Assembly: GCF_018350175.1 (NCBI RefSeq)
Contig: NC_058368.1
Span: 34,350,001-34,414,000 of the forward strand
Reading direction: 5' to 3'
DNA: 64,000 nucleotides
From: Felis catus
Taxonomy: Eukaryota
Position 1 is the stretch's first letter. Every line of letters begins with the position of its first letter. Positions 1 through 12,849 of the stretch are shown piece after piece. The notes under the pieces were generated by a model. It saw only the letters and a program-made list of their open reading frames with translations, was not told where the DNA came from and searched no databases. Position numbers and translations under genes: made by a program.

Positions 1-339
1 CCAAGTAATGCATGCTATATGCTATTAAATATGCTAAGTTATTATTTGGAATTATTTGTAGAAACAATTATAAGTTCAGATAAAAATTGGAAGGAAAATT
101 TGTCCTTAACAGCTATTGGGGAAGAAAGTGTTATGGTTTATTAGGAGTTTCAGTTTTCAACTTGTATGTTGGATTAAATTTCTACATGTGGAAGATTTTT
201 GGAGGGCATTCTAATAGAAGAATGATGAAGAGAATTACTAAAAGAAAAATGAGTGACACTTGTGTGATATTACGCAGTGAAGAGACTCCTTTCTGTATAG
301 AATGAGTTGTGAAGTTGCAAGACAAAAGGTAAGGAGATC

Positions 340-490
340 ATTCTATTCATTATTCATTCATCCATCCATTCATTCCTTTGACAGATATGTATTTAGACGG
401 TATTACGATCCAGGCATTATTTTAGTACTTTGGTATCAGTGAACAAACAGATGAAAATCCCCGTTGTCTCAATGTCGCTTCTGGGGACAG
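340..490 (-). mobile_element. L2 3' end fragment
   Basis: attcattcattc...ccaggcatt...cagtgaacaaacag is the typical reverse-strand L2 tail. Confidence 0.5.
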
Positions 491-2170
491 TGGAGACTGT
501 CATTGTTAGATATGGAATGCTGAGTAGGTACCGACTATGGTAGTGATGTTAGCAATGGAAAAAAATAAATTATAAAAAAGACAAATCAGATGTACAAGCA
601 GCATTGCATATCAACTAATGAGATATTCAGGAAGATATATTCTTAATAAGAGTGTCTTGTAGGCTTATGCTATCATTTATATATGAATTACCATGGCTTC
701 CATCTGAATGTAATAATGCCACATTCCTGATCCTGTCTTTATTGTTTACCACAGAGTTCAAAAAGGATTTAAAGCACCTTACAGAAATATATATAGTAAA
801 ATGGGATAAATCTCTGTACTCTTTGTTTCCAAACTCTCTGGAGATTGAGTTTTTCTAACAAAAATAATCCCCTTATCAAGATCACACAACTATTCATAAA
901 ACAGGGGGGGCGGGGGCTTAGAAAATTGTCTTTCTTGGATCACTAAATAATTATTTTGAGGATTACGTGCTTCTATAATGCTTACTTCACTGGAATTTAA
1001 GGATTGATGAGCTCAGAATCTGCTAAGGATTTAAGAGCTTTTCAAGGAAATGATCTATATAAATACAGGGTTTTACATTACAATATTCTCCTTTTTCACT
1101 GCCATGTCAAGGTGGGGCTCACTCAGAGAGCAGCTTATGTGGCATTTACTCCATAAGCTGCCGATTATATTCTTTAGTGTCTGTGAGCCACAGCTTCTCA
1201 CAGATGGTACCTGCTATACTCACAACTTCTTAGCGTGGTGTGTCAGTCATCACAGACTCTCTACATGGCCATAATTCTTTTCAGATTCTAGGGTGACATT
1301 TGAAGTACATCATATTTGACAGCTGCTCTACTTACTTGATAAACAGTGTTGATGACAAAGTTTTTTGTAATTTTTGTTTTACTGACTCCATTTACAACTT
1401 AAAGTAGAGTTAATTTGTGTTTACCCAAAAAAAAGTGAATTTGCAAATGAATTGGCAAATTACAATAATTTTCTAATTAACTAAAAGAAAATTAAAAACA
1501 AAAATTACCCTCAATTACCTGCAAATTTCAGGGAAGAAAAACCCTGCAAATTCCTTAATTTACTTGATTATAACTATTTTCCCATTTTCTTCTTTTTTTT
1601 TTCCATATGCCTTTGAGTAGCCTATATTAAAAAAATAATAAGCTATTATTTATATATTTTTTTCTTCTCCCCCTATAATGTTATGGTCTGAAGTTCCTTG
1701 GAGTTCTCACCAATGTCCTTTAGTGGTAATAAAAAACATTACTATGAAACTACAACATTGGCACTATATGTTTTAACCATGCTGTGTGCTATATGCTATA
1801 TGTGTATTCTGTCTGACATCTAGGGAGCACACTCCTAAGTAGAGAGCTTACAGTGAAGAGTCTAATGAAGGAAACAGTGTACTGAAATTGTGTGTGGGCA
1901 TGTGAGGCGGGGTGGGGGAGTGGGGGTGGGGGGTTAGGAATTAAAAATATATATATTAAAAATTCATTTGTATGGGAAGTTTGCCATTTACTTTTTGATA
2001 TACAATTTATCTTAACCTTTTCAGAGTATTGCCTATGCTATGATTAGAACGATTTACCTCTGCAAAGCAGCAATGCTACCTTTCAATATGTACTGAAAAT
2101 CCTTTATAATTTTGATGTAGACTCAGCCAAAGTGTACTTCCTGAGACTGTTATCTTATGAACACATCCCA

Positions 2171-2656
2171 TGACCAAAAATGCCTTAACTTCCCTTTGCT
2201 TGACTAAACTTTAAGTAGGTTTCTTCTTGACTGTCTGCCCTTGACATTCTTTTTGATAGAGCTTTTACTCTAGAACACTTTGAATTGTAAATTCTCAGCT
2301 CTTTTAGATGTAAATTTTCTCCCAGCTTCTTGCTAGTTTTACAACCCAGGAATGTCTTTCTCAAGGACCTGGGAGCCCTGGCTTGAAGTACATTGATCAG
2401 GATCTGTCTCTGTGGGAGAGTAGGAGCCTAACTTTAAGAAGTTCCAATTAGCAAACACAGATGGACTCATAACAGGGACCAGCTTCTCTCCTAACATCTT
2501 TCAATACTTTTCTACTAACATACCCCAGGCCTTAATATCTCTTTTTTTTTTCCTGAGAAGTTAAATTCAATCTCTCTTCCCTGTTGCCATAGTCTTGATC
2601 CTTATTGCAATAGTTCTGAATAAAGTCTTCCTTGTCAGTGATTTTTTTCTTTAACA
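2171..2656 (+). mobile_element. Solo ERV1 LTR, MER67-like
   Basis: TG...CA ends, ttttacaacccaggaatgtctttctcaaggacctgggagcc motif, and AATAAA near the 3' end. Confidence 0.7.
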
Positions 2657-3624
2657 TCAATTTTGAGAGAAATGATGTGACTCCTACAGCATTCTAATTT
2701 CTATAATTATAAGCTATATTTGAATTGAACGTGACCATTGTTGACAGTTACTAATGTGATGAATTATCTTTAATGGTGAAATAATAATGATCACAATTAG
2801 AAATGATGAAGAAAGCTCACCTTCTCTAATCACACATTTTCATGACAAATTCAATTCCCCTTGTTTCTGGGAGAAGAAGCCTGTCACAGTTACAGAGGGA
2901 GTGGCCCATGATTTTATGTGGATTGGTAGAGTTCCTCTACCTTTTTGTTGTAGGTGGCTAAGGTGTTGCATCACTGTACTTTGGCATAGGCCTGGCTAGA
3001 AAGATCTTTAGAAAAAGAGGTACATTTAAGGGGACAGGAACACTAAATAAGGGTGATCATTCTGGTGCCATCTTCAGAGGTCACCTATTGTATTATCTTG
3101 GCAACTCAAATTTGCTCTAATGATCTCATTCCAATAGCACATGATAGCCCACCCCCCCCCCCCAATAGTTTGCTCTGCTCAAAGAAATTGTTGGCTTAGA
3201 AGCAGAAAATGGTTTTTGTTTTTCTTTTGGCTATTGTCTACTTTTTCTTTATTTTTTTTCTCAAAAATTGAAAGGGCTTTTTTTTTACTTTTCTTAGAAA
3301 TTTAAATGGAGAAAATGTATTCTTCATATTTTCCCACATTAGTTCAAGTGAAATGAAATACTCTGAAAAATAGTCAAATCATGTTTAGATTTCCTTTAAC
3401 ACTTAGATTTTGTGTATATGTGTGTACATATGTACATATATTCCTTAGGGTTTGCACAGATATTTTGTGAAAGTAATAATTAACATTAATATTTGTCTAT
3501 AGTACTAACATTAATGTATGTTATATTGAGAGCTAGAATCAATGCTATGTAATATATTTGAATTTTTATCTCTGAAAGGTAAAGTCTTATCTCTGAAAAG
3601 TAAAGTGAAGAGACTAATGATTAT

Positions 3625-3770
3625 GATTTTATATACATATACACACACACACATACACACATATATACATTTATGTGTGTGGGTGTATATATATACATAT
3701 CTATCTATCTATATATGTAATATATATACACATATATTTTTATATGCACTATACATCAATATACATTCAT
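3625..3770. repeat. Degenerate (TA/CA/TG)n low-complexity tract
   Basis: Alternating purine-pyrimidine runs. Confidence 0.85.
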
Positions 3771-4830
3771 GGTAGCCAAAGTTTGTCAAAAGAATGTATT
3801 TTGTACATACTACAGTATCACACTGACTTGAAAAAAAATACTTGAATGCATATTGCATGAAGTTTATTTGAAAGAAATTTATGCATCTATTTAAATTTCG
3901 TTAAATATAAGACAAAGCTTTAAAAATTTTTGTTTTGCCCTTAATTGCATTTTGATTCTTCTCTGATAGGGTCAAAACAACCTACTGGGAACTCTGATGG
4001 TCTTTAAGCTTCCAAACCCATTCTAAAATCAATGGGAACACTGGAAAGATTTCCTTTATTTGACTCTCTGTTTGTCATTGATTTTTTAGGATGTCTGTTT
4101 GAGTGTAATCTAAAGAAAGATTGTAGAACTGCTTAATCAATATGCCATTATTCTTCATGAATTTGGTTGATTATCCACTTGCTTTATTGGATATTGGGTA
4201 ATAGTTCAACAGTGCAGTTCCTGACTGGTAACATTTTGTTAAAGCCAAAAATCTGGCTAATCTTGTGTCTGAGCAAAAGTTCAGTTTACTAGTGACCTTC
4301 GTTCACATAACTCCCGTTCTCTCACAGATTCTAATGTTGCAATTCAGGTTCAATTAACATGAAAATAGTTGGCCTTAGAAAAACTGAGCCTTCCTCCTTG
4401 AGTAAATATGATTCAAATAACCATCAAGTGAAGTGGCATCTAGATTTAATAAGGATTAAATTTTCTCTGTGTAATGAAAGGTAACTCAAATAACATTTCG
4501 CTACTACAGACACACTGAGTTTTAAAGAGATTAAGAGCACATTAATTTGAGGGTCAATGTCTGAAGTAATAAAGGGCACCTCAATACAAGAATAGTTTTT
4601 GAAATCATCTTGTAAAAGATAGTATTAGCTTGGTTTTTCCTGCATGGGTATAAGAATTTGACTACAGTGGTTGGTAGTGTTCACCCAGCTAAAATACTTC
4701 CTTAATTTCACCTGATAAGAGCTCTATTCACTTAAAAACTTATAAAATAACAAAAGTAAATAGTTGCAAATATTCAAATTGACCCATGGAATGAATTATA
4801 AATATACATCAATATAAAGGTAGTTTACAA

Positions 4831-5217
4831 TATTAAAAACAAGACAACAGACCCAAAATGCAATCACTTAGGCTAAGTAAGTACTCACATCACCAAACTG
4901 AGACTTAATTACAGTTTCAGCCACTCCAGAAACTGAATCTTAAACCAGTCAATCAGGAATTACCTGGTGAGGTTATTTGCCTGTAGAAATCCTACCATCA
5001 CCTAAAAGAAAGTGACCTTGCCACAACCAATTTTTTACTAGTATTAAATTTCCTCGTTTCTGCATTCTCTTTTCTGCGTATAAAAGTTTTCACTTTGTTT
5101 AACTCCTTGGAGGTTATCTTTTCTATCCACCAGATGGGATGCTGCCTGATTCATGAATAGTTGGATTAAGCCAATAAGACCTGTAAAATTTACTCAGTAG
5201 AATTTTGTTTTTCAACA
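4831..5217 (+). mobile_element. Solo ERV1-type LTR
   Basis: tattaaaaac...ttttcaaca termini, internal tataaaag box, near-match 4-bp flanks acaa/acat. Confidence 0.6.
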
Positions 5218-5993
5218 ACATTAAACAAGTAGTAATTGTACTAGTACAATTTCTATAAGAGGAAACAGAGGCATGGAATGTTTAGATATCTTGATAAAGT
5301 TTACAGAGCAAACACAGTATTCAAAAGCGGGTAGAGCTGACCTTATGGGCTATGCTCTCATCACTATTCTGTATACTTAATGTACCTTTAGACTGCAAAC
5401 TTTCAGAGAATTGTTAAATTGGTCAAAATCCTCTTTTCTGGAAGTTGCTTTCTTGTTCCTCTGTTAACCCAGGGAAGACAGGCCATTTCCTTTCACTATA
5501 TATGCTATGACCCTGCAAAGTTCTTAGTTTCCATTTATCAATCATTGCAAATATATCAATCATTGCAAAATCACAATAGAGAGAAATGGCCCATTCTCTC
5601 TTTGTTCATCCACAATGATGCCTATTTTTGCAACCTGGTCAACTGCTCCTTGTTCTAATATTCCTTGATTCTCAAACCCTCCACTGGCTTTGCATTTTGG
5701 GTCTCAAAACTTGCTGCCGGTTTGGTGCCTTTGGGATCCCATTGGCATGCTGCTTGAAATAACACTTCAGTTCTTGCTGTCAGGTAGTCTTCTAGAATTC
5801 ACATTTCTTGACCTATAAAACTTCACTAACAGACCCAACTACATTTCTGACCCCTTGAGGAAGAAAAAAAAAGTTACCTCCTTGGTGAACCCCATAATTG
5901 AGACATAAATCAAATACTGTATGTATGCACTCAGTTAATTTAGGGTTTCTGAGGCATATTCTTCACTAAATGTTACCCTGTGGTTCCTGTTAC

Positions 5994-6191
5994 TTTCTTT
6001 ATAGATTTGCTGTTTCATACAGCTGCAGACTTCCTGGAGTTGAGGCTCTTGTCCAGATTTTACAATATGTCTGTCAATATTTCCTGTGTCTGTCCATAAA
6101 TGTCATCTGTGGATTCAGTGGAATAGAACTTAAAAACCTTGCTGGATTTTGACAAAAAATAATCTATCCCATCTACATGACTCTCTCCTAC
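5994..6191 (-). pseudogene. Weak exon candidate
   Basis: ttttaaagttatag| ... GAAA|gtaaca. Contains FKFYSTESTDDIYGQTQEILTDIL*NLDK. Confidence 0.25.
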
Positions 6192-6236
6192 CTATAACTT
6201 TAAAACCTAGCATACTTTGGTTACTTTCTATTTTCA

Positions 6237-6253
6237 TTTTTGAAAAATAAGTT

Positions 6254-6296
<43 letters not shown>

Positions 6297-6484
6297 TATA
6301 AGAGAGGGAGAGAGAGAACATGAGCAGGGTAGGGGCAGACAGAGAGGAGACAGATAATCCCAAGCAGGCTCTGTACTGTCAGCACAGAGCCCAATGTAGG
6401 CCTCAAACTCACCAACAATGAGATCATGACTTGAGTCAAAGTCAAGAGTTGGGTGCTTAACTGACTGAGCCATTCAAGTGCCAC
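6237..6484 (-). mobile_element. Can-SINE (older), tail expanded to (TTTA)n
   Basis: Reverse tRNA-derived head; TSD gttacttt(c/a)tattttca. Confidence 0.92.
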
Positions 6485-7661
6485 AGTTACTTTATATTTT
6501 CAAAACAAACAATGCTCCTACTCCCTAATGCTTATAATATTCCAGCCATTTAAATAAACTGGAATTAGAAATTTATTGTGATTGAAGCATCTTTTTCAAT
6601 TCTTTAATTCCTAATTCTATGTAATATATTAAACTACCTAAATATGGTAGAATAATAAGAAGAAACATAAATAATAAATAAATAATAAATAAAATCATTT
6701 AAAACTTACCAACAAAGTTAGAAATCGTGTCCTTTCAGGCACCCATAGACAGAGAATATGTGTTGGGCAGGAGATATTCAGAGACAACAAAGCTAATAAA
6801 GCGTAATCTTTTTTTTCTCAAGAAATTTGAAATTTAACATAGGGAAATAAATTTAAACAAGTAACGACAGCACTAGATGGATAGATGCCATATGGGTGTG
6901 TACAAACAACAAAGAGAACATCAGAGAATAAAGCACTCTCTAGGAAAGCTTCGCAAAAGAAGTTTTATTTGCTTTAAGAGTGAGAACATATTTTCCATAT
7001 GGTAAAGAGATATACTGTGCCAGTTAAAATGTTATGTGCTAAAGCTTGAGCCATGAAAGAATATTGCGTCTTTGGAAAAGTTCAGTAGTTAAACCATAGG
7101 AAGTAGGTGAAGGCAGAATTGAATTTGGAGATGAAGAGATGAGGTTAATGTAAGAAATATTATCCACATTAGGCATTTAAAAAAGAAGATCTAATACAGG
7201 AAAGTAGGAGTTCACAAATTCATTGAAATGGCTGGAGAGTTAAAAGTCATGGCTGCCTCAAGAGGTGCTGATGTCTAGAGAAAACTATGTTATTCAAACT
7301 GTGCTTCAGAGGTGAAGAAGCTACCGCTCTGGCCATGGCTGTTCAATACCCACAAAGCACTTCCCAGATACAGGAATGCCTAACCCAACCACTGATGTTT
7401 TGTCTCAACAGAAACCTCCCTGTGACTTGTATTGCCAGCTAGAAGAGTAGCAGGAAGATAGGCTTTATTATCTACCATATATCCCTGGAATTTGTTTAAT
7501 TTGTGGAATCTGATTTATGGATGATGTCTTTTCAGTATGGGAAGGCAATCTGGAGAGAAAACTAAAAATACTAATAGATAGTACTCTTCACAGACCATCT
7601 CTTTGAATACTCAATATCCACATATATGCTTCCACATATACTTCTAAAATATACCAGTAGT

Positions 7662-7888
7662 GGGGCGCCTGGGTGGCGCAGTCGGTTAAGCGTCCGACTT
7701 CATCCAGGTCACGATCTCGCAGTCCGTGAGTTCGAGCCCCGCATCGGGCTCTGGGCTGATGGCTCGGAGCCTGGAGCCTGTTTCCGATTCTGTGTCTCCC
7801 TCTCTCTCTGCCCCTCCCCCGTTCATGCTCTGTCTCTCTCTGTCCCAAAAATAAATAAACATTGAAAAAAAAATTTAATAAAAAAAAT
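7662..7888 (+). mobile_element. Young feline Can-SINE
   Basis: ggggcgcctgggtggcgcagtcggttaagcg head, CpGs intact, perfect TSD aaaatataccagtagt. Confidence 0.97.
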
Positions 7889-7961
7889 AAAATATACCAG
7901 TAGTAACAAGATATCTGCATCATTAAAAGACCATCCACTTTGTAAGAAAAGATTTACTCAC

Positions 7962-8060
7962 CCCTACCCCAAAATAGGAAAGACTCAAAGTTCTATCAAT
8001 CACCATGTAAACTCTATTTGATATTCATTTATCCTCCAGCTCAAATTCCTATTTGATACC
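7962..8060 (-). pseudogene. Exon candidate, 99 nt
   Basis: atatttttttatattatag|GGTATC...GTAGGG|gtgagt. Phase 0 reads GIK*EFELEDK*ISNRVYMVIDRTLSLSYFGVG. Confidence 0.55.
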
Positions 8061-8259
8061 CTATAATATAAAAAAATATATAAAGCCAATATTCAAAGTA
8101 CATCATGTATTAAATAATAATGAACAGTAAAGTAAAATGACTAAGCTTTGTATATATCTCAAAATAATTAAATATGTACATATATGTATACACACACACA
8201 CTATATTCATTGGTTCTACAAATGTTTATTATTATTGATAACTTTCTGGTTCTTCTAAA

Positions 8260-8499
8260 TAGAAGCCACTTCAAACATTGTTCTGTAGCCTAGATGAACT
8301 GGCTTCTCTTGTTTTGGTAACTTATGAGTCACTCAGTGAATGAGTCAGAGCAAAATGTGATACCAAAATGGGACATAATATCTCCAATATCCAGAATCTT
8401 AGAAATCACTTTATCTCTAAGTGGTAAGAAGATCAAGGGACTCAAATTTTTGTTTTTCCTTGGTGAGATTATTTGAGCCTGAATCAGATTACAATATAC
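8260..8499 (-). pseudogene. Exon candidate, donor not defined
   Basis: gtgaattttctag| then 50 open codons VYCNLIQAQIISPRKNKNLSPLIFLPLRDKVISKILDIGDYVPFWYHILL, continuing *LIH*VTHKLPKQE. Confidence 0.5.
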
Positions 8500-8759
8500 C
8501 TAGAAAATTCACTGAAGTGCAAGGTAGCTAAATATTTATTTATACTTTTTATTCTCCAATGTGCCTATATCTTCTCATGGCATTTAGGACACCCCATTCT
8601 TCTTAAAGAGTAAATGCGCATGAGATAAACTAGGTGATATAACCCTAAAACAACGTAGTTAAGATGTACTTTATTTGCTACCTGGTGGAAACAAACCATT
8701 CTGGTTTTATCTTTTTGATATAGGGGGATAGTAACTGATCATTAGGTAGATAAGCATAC

Positions 8760-8922
8760 CCTGGGTACCACTGGCAATATCGAACTGCCCCAGTTTAAAA
8801 CCATAGCTGGAAGATCATCTGTAATAAGAATTATCATTTGAATAATTTCAGCATATTCCATTGTCATTTCCCAAGTATTATCTCTCTTTGGCACAAACCA
8901 AGTAAGAAAGTCATTTAGAGAT
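8760..8922 (-). pseudogene. Exon candidate, second GAF-like segment
   Basis: aaaattctgtag| ... CAGG|gtatgc. Open frame SLNDFLTWFVPKRDNTWEMTMEYAEIIQMIILITDD; shifted frame YGFKLGQFDIASGTQ. Confidence 0.5.
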
Positions 8923-10194
8923 CTACAGAATTTTTACTCTGAATCTTTCAAATCTTTGGCATTGATCTCTGTAATTATTTATTTTATGCTACCATTTTGA
9001 CAGAGAGATATAGCCTAAGAGATTCCTATATTATCCTTTGCATCATCATAACTCCCTGGGCCCAGAATTAATGTGTAAATATTCTAATTCTTCACTCAGA
9101 GACTGGGACATAACTACTGAATGGGCTCTTTTCCTATAGTAAGACAAAGTCTGGCTCCAACCACATTGAGACTTTATTCCCAGTGGTGGACCCCAGTGAT
9201 GTTTGGTTCCCCCAATGGTTGGAATTTGCTTAGAGAATGCATCTAAAATTCCTTCTAAAGTTTGTTCTCATTATTTAGTATACAGCTATCCTAGTAAGTA
9301 CTTGTGCACCATTTTGGAAAAAGCTAACAGATAGTCATAGCAGTGTCACAGAGCCCTTCTTCAGAAGTCCTCAGTGTCTCTTCATTGATGAGATACTGAT
9401 CTATGGTCCAGACCATATCTGGAAATTAAGTGTAATTGAGTGTAGAGCCGTAACTCTATATAATGTTAAACTGGGGTCAGCTTCTTGCTCACCACACAGA
9501 GATTTTCCAGATAGATGAATCAGGAAGGATCAATATTTTTCAGAGCTAGAATATCATGATCAATTCGATTATCATCAAAGTTCCACACAGATACAGTCTG
9601 TTCTGGTCCTGTTGCCAGGTAATTCTGCCAATAGCTTAGGGATTGCTTCTGCTACTACAGATTACTTTTTGAGAGTCCTTCATTCATTTTCACTGAGGGA
9701 ATTCATTTCAATGCCACACCTCTCACCTACATCACTCACCTTTAAGAAGAACCAGTTACAGGTCCTTAAAAAGACACCCATCCTCCCTTTATCTATTATT
9801 CTTCAGTGCTTGAGAAACTGTCTTCTTAGCCTTTTTGGAAAATGTGGTGGTAGGAGAGTAATAAATTCAACATGATAAACATACACAAACATTCTTCTCT
9901 CCCTAAGACTTAGGATTCCTTTTTCTATAGTATAGCATTTATTTTTGACAGTTTAGCTTCATTCAATATGGGCCAAATTTAATCTAGTTTTAGTTAACCA
10001 ACTGAGGTAAACCTTAGTGTCTTCTTTGTTTACTTATGCTCAGATGTGAAGTCCTTAATCTTTGAGTCATTGTTATATATAAATTTGGAGTTATGTTTCT
10101 TCCTCCTGCAGAAGCTTTAGAGTTCATTGCCAGATTTATGTCAATGTAAGTTGATACAATCTTGGTTTTGATTGGTTGTTTTTTTTGATTGGTT

Positions 10195-10435
10195 GGTTTA
10201 AAATCCCAGTGTAGTTAACACTGTTATAGTATCAGGTGTACAATATATTATATTAGTATCAGGTGTACAGTATAGTGATTTGACAAATCTATACATTATA
10301 CTATGTTCACTACAAGTACAGCTATCATCTGTCAGCACACAATGCTATTACAATATCATTGACTATATTCTCTATACTATATCTTTCATTCTTATGACAT
10401 ATTTATTCCATAACTGGAAGCCTGTATCTCCCCAC
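10195..10435 (-). mobile_element. L1 3' UTR fragment
   Basis: cagtgtagttaaca...tcaggtgtaca...atagtgatt motif on the reverse strand. Confidence 0.6.
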
Positions 10436-10704
10436 TCTATCAGATGCTCTAGTTATCTCCCTGGGTAATGATTTTGCTTTTAACACTAGCTATATTTGGA
10501 TATATGAATGGAGGTTCAGGTGGAATGTGGGAAGAATTTGTAGCCTTGTAGAGAAAGCTACCTCAAACTAGTTCAGGATTTCTATAAGGCAGATCTGGTC
10601 ACATCACAAAGAGATATATGGACTGTCTTTTCTGGCAAGGAAACTCAGGGGTACTCGGGATTCAGAACTTCACCTAAAATAAAATTCTTGAAGATTATCT
10701 TTTC

Positions 10705-10932
10705 TTTTTTTTTTTAATTTTTTTTTCAATGTTTTTATTTATTTTTGGGACAGAGAGAGACAGAGCATGAACGGGGGAGGGGCAGAGAGACAGGGAGACA
10801 CAGAATCGGAAACAGGCTCCAGGCTCTGAGCCATCAGCCCAGAGCCTGACGCGGGGCTCGAACTCACGGACCGCGAGATCGTGACCTGGCTGAAGTCGGA
10901 CGCTTAACCGACTGCGCCACCCAGGTGCCCCC
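10705..10932 (-). mobile_element. Young feline Can-SINE
   Basis: Near-consensus body; perfect TSD gaagattatcttttc. Confidence 0.97.
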
Positions 10933-10971
10933 GAAGATTATCTTTTCAACACACGACTAAATTTTATACAC

Positions 10972-10992
10972 AAAGAAAGAAAGAAAGATGGA

Positions 10993-11048
<56 letters not shown>

Positions 11049-11102
11049 GAAAGAAAGATGGAAAGAAAGAAAGAAAGATGGAAAGAAAGAAAGAAAGATG
11101 GA

Positions 11103-11142
<40 letters not shown>

Positions 11143-11171
11143 GAAAGAAAGAAAAGAGAAGAAAAAGAAAA
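10972..11171. repeat. Compound (GAAA)n microsatellite
   Basis: About 200 bp of purines with GATG interruptions. Confidence 0.97.
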
Positions 11172-11599
11172 ACAGCAAGATTTCCGCTAACATGGGAATT
11201 CAGCAATTTGTACATTCAGATTTCACACCTGATTTTTAGACATGTAAAGACTATGGTGAAGTGAGAAGTTATTCTGGGGCAGTCACAGAAACTACTTTCA
11301 CCTTGTCTTGAGTCAAAATTGTAAAACCCTGAGCTTGCCATTTTTCTTCAAATTCTCCTGTGTAGTCAGAAACACAAGACTAAGAGTATTTGTATTTCTT
11401 ATTCCTCATGATGATCTGTTGAAGCAGTTACTAGGTATGCCAAATTTTGGCTTTAACAGGAATTTTATTCCAGGTGGCTACAGTTGATTAATTTCATAAC
11501 ATTGGGCCACTATGTGCCATAGACTACCAGTATCTCTTTTTCCAGTAGTATCAGGATTGTTCTTCACTGCCCACACATTCAGTCAGGAAAGATAATCAG

Positions 11600-12100
11600 A
11601 GTCTGCCTCTACTTTTGATACAATGCAGCTATAGGAAATAAAGGTTTTCTGAGGTGTTTTAAAGAAAAAAGAATTTATTATACAGAACTAGGTCCAAGCA
11701 AAACGTTGGAGAAATGAGGAAAGTGAGTTGAATCTACTTTTAAAGGGCTCGAGTACAAAAGCAACCATTGTAATGTAGCCTCAATGCTGATATTTAAGAA
11801 ACTGGCAGTGTCCTCTGTTAAACAAGCACCCATCATCACCTAAACAATGCTTGATAGTCCACATGAAAATGACCTCTGGCTAAAAGAATAACTGCAACTG
11901 TCCTAGTCATAAAGCTAGCGGTTAGATCCTACAAGGTTGGGTCCAGGCATTAATACAACTGCCTCTTGACCATCACTTCTCTACTTGTAATGCCAGCATA
12001 AACAGCAGCAAGGGAATGGTATCACCACACTGCTACCTTCCAAATAGCAAATGGTGCACATAAATGGAAAATCTGAACTACAATCTACAATCCAGATTCT
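11600..12100. mobile_element. Old ERVL LTR fragment (LTR33-like); similar fragments near 7150-7490 and 18990-19560
   Basis: Shared degenerate motif: tttaag..gaaa.gga.tttatta...cgttggaag. Confidence 0.35.
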
Positions 12101-12106
12101 TGGGAC

Positions 12107-12318
12107 TTTTTTTAATTTTTTAATGTTTATTTATTTTTGATAGAGACAGAGACAGAGTGAGAGCAGTAGAGGGGCAGAGAGACAGGGAGACACAGAATCT
12201 GAAGTAGGATCCAGACTCTGAGCTGTCAGCACAGAGCCCGATGCGGGCCTCAAACTCACGAACCATGAGATCATGACTTGAGCTGACGTCAGATGCTTCA
12301 CTGACTGAGCCACCCAGG
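12107..12318 (-). mobile_element. Can-SINE
   Basis: Poly-T, (AG)n and reverse head ...tgagccacccagg. Confidence 0.93.
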
Positions 12319-12849
12319 CTTTCTTCAGGAGGTTTTTTGTTTGTCTGTTTTTTGTTTTTTATTTTTTGTTTTAACAGTTCAGACTTTTCAATAAAGAAAA
12401 TTATTCTAGAAGTATGGAATGCATGCGAAATGTGTCAATCCACCATATCCTCTTCTAGAAAGAAATGCAGCTTTCTTAATACTTGAAGGTTCAGCTTTAG
12501 ATTTTAAGCAATCTGGTTGGAGGAGGGGAGAAAGGTAGATGGGTTATACCAAATTTGATGTAAGCAAGGTATTTTTATTGGAAAGTTGGAGTTTAGTTTG
12601 GTAAGATTTGAGGTTTGTTTGGTTAAAGTCATGATAGGGGGAAAAAAAAGATACCAGTTAAGAAAAGAACGGTAGTGGAATGGCTAGGAAACTCTAATGA
12701 GATTAAGGAGGTTGAATCACAGAGGAGCTATATAAAAATGGAAGTTTTTACTATGGATGCATTTACCCGTGGAAAATTAAAGCTCAGAGGAAAAAACAGA
12801 TGGCAAACTTTTAGAGATTTCACCACTAACTATGATGTAAATGAAGATA

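Noticed and set aside
7662..7740. tRNA genes
   Set aside because: The A/B boxes belong to tRNA-derived SINE heads followed by (CT)n and A tails.
7588..7938. ORFs over SINEs (also 24913, 26793, 53382 and others)
   Set aside because: The recurrent peptides GAPGWRSRLS and AQVMISRF are translations of Can-SINE sequence.
10957..11264. K/E/R-rich and F/L/S-rich ORFs (also 61728-62105)
   Set aside because: Microsatellite translations.
7150..12100. Complete LTR-internal-LTR provirus
   Set aside because: The LTR-like pieces are too degenerate to pair, and 7962-8922 reads better as host exons.
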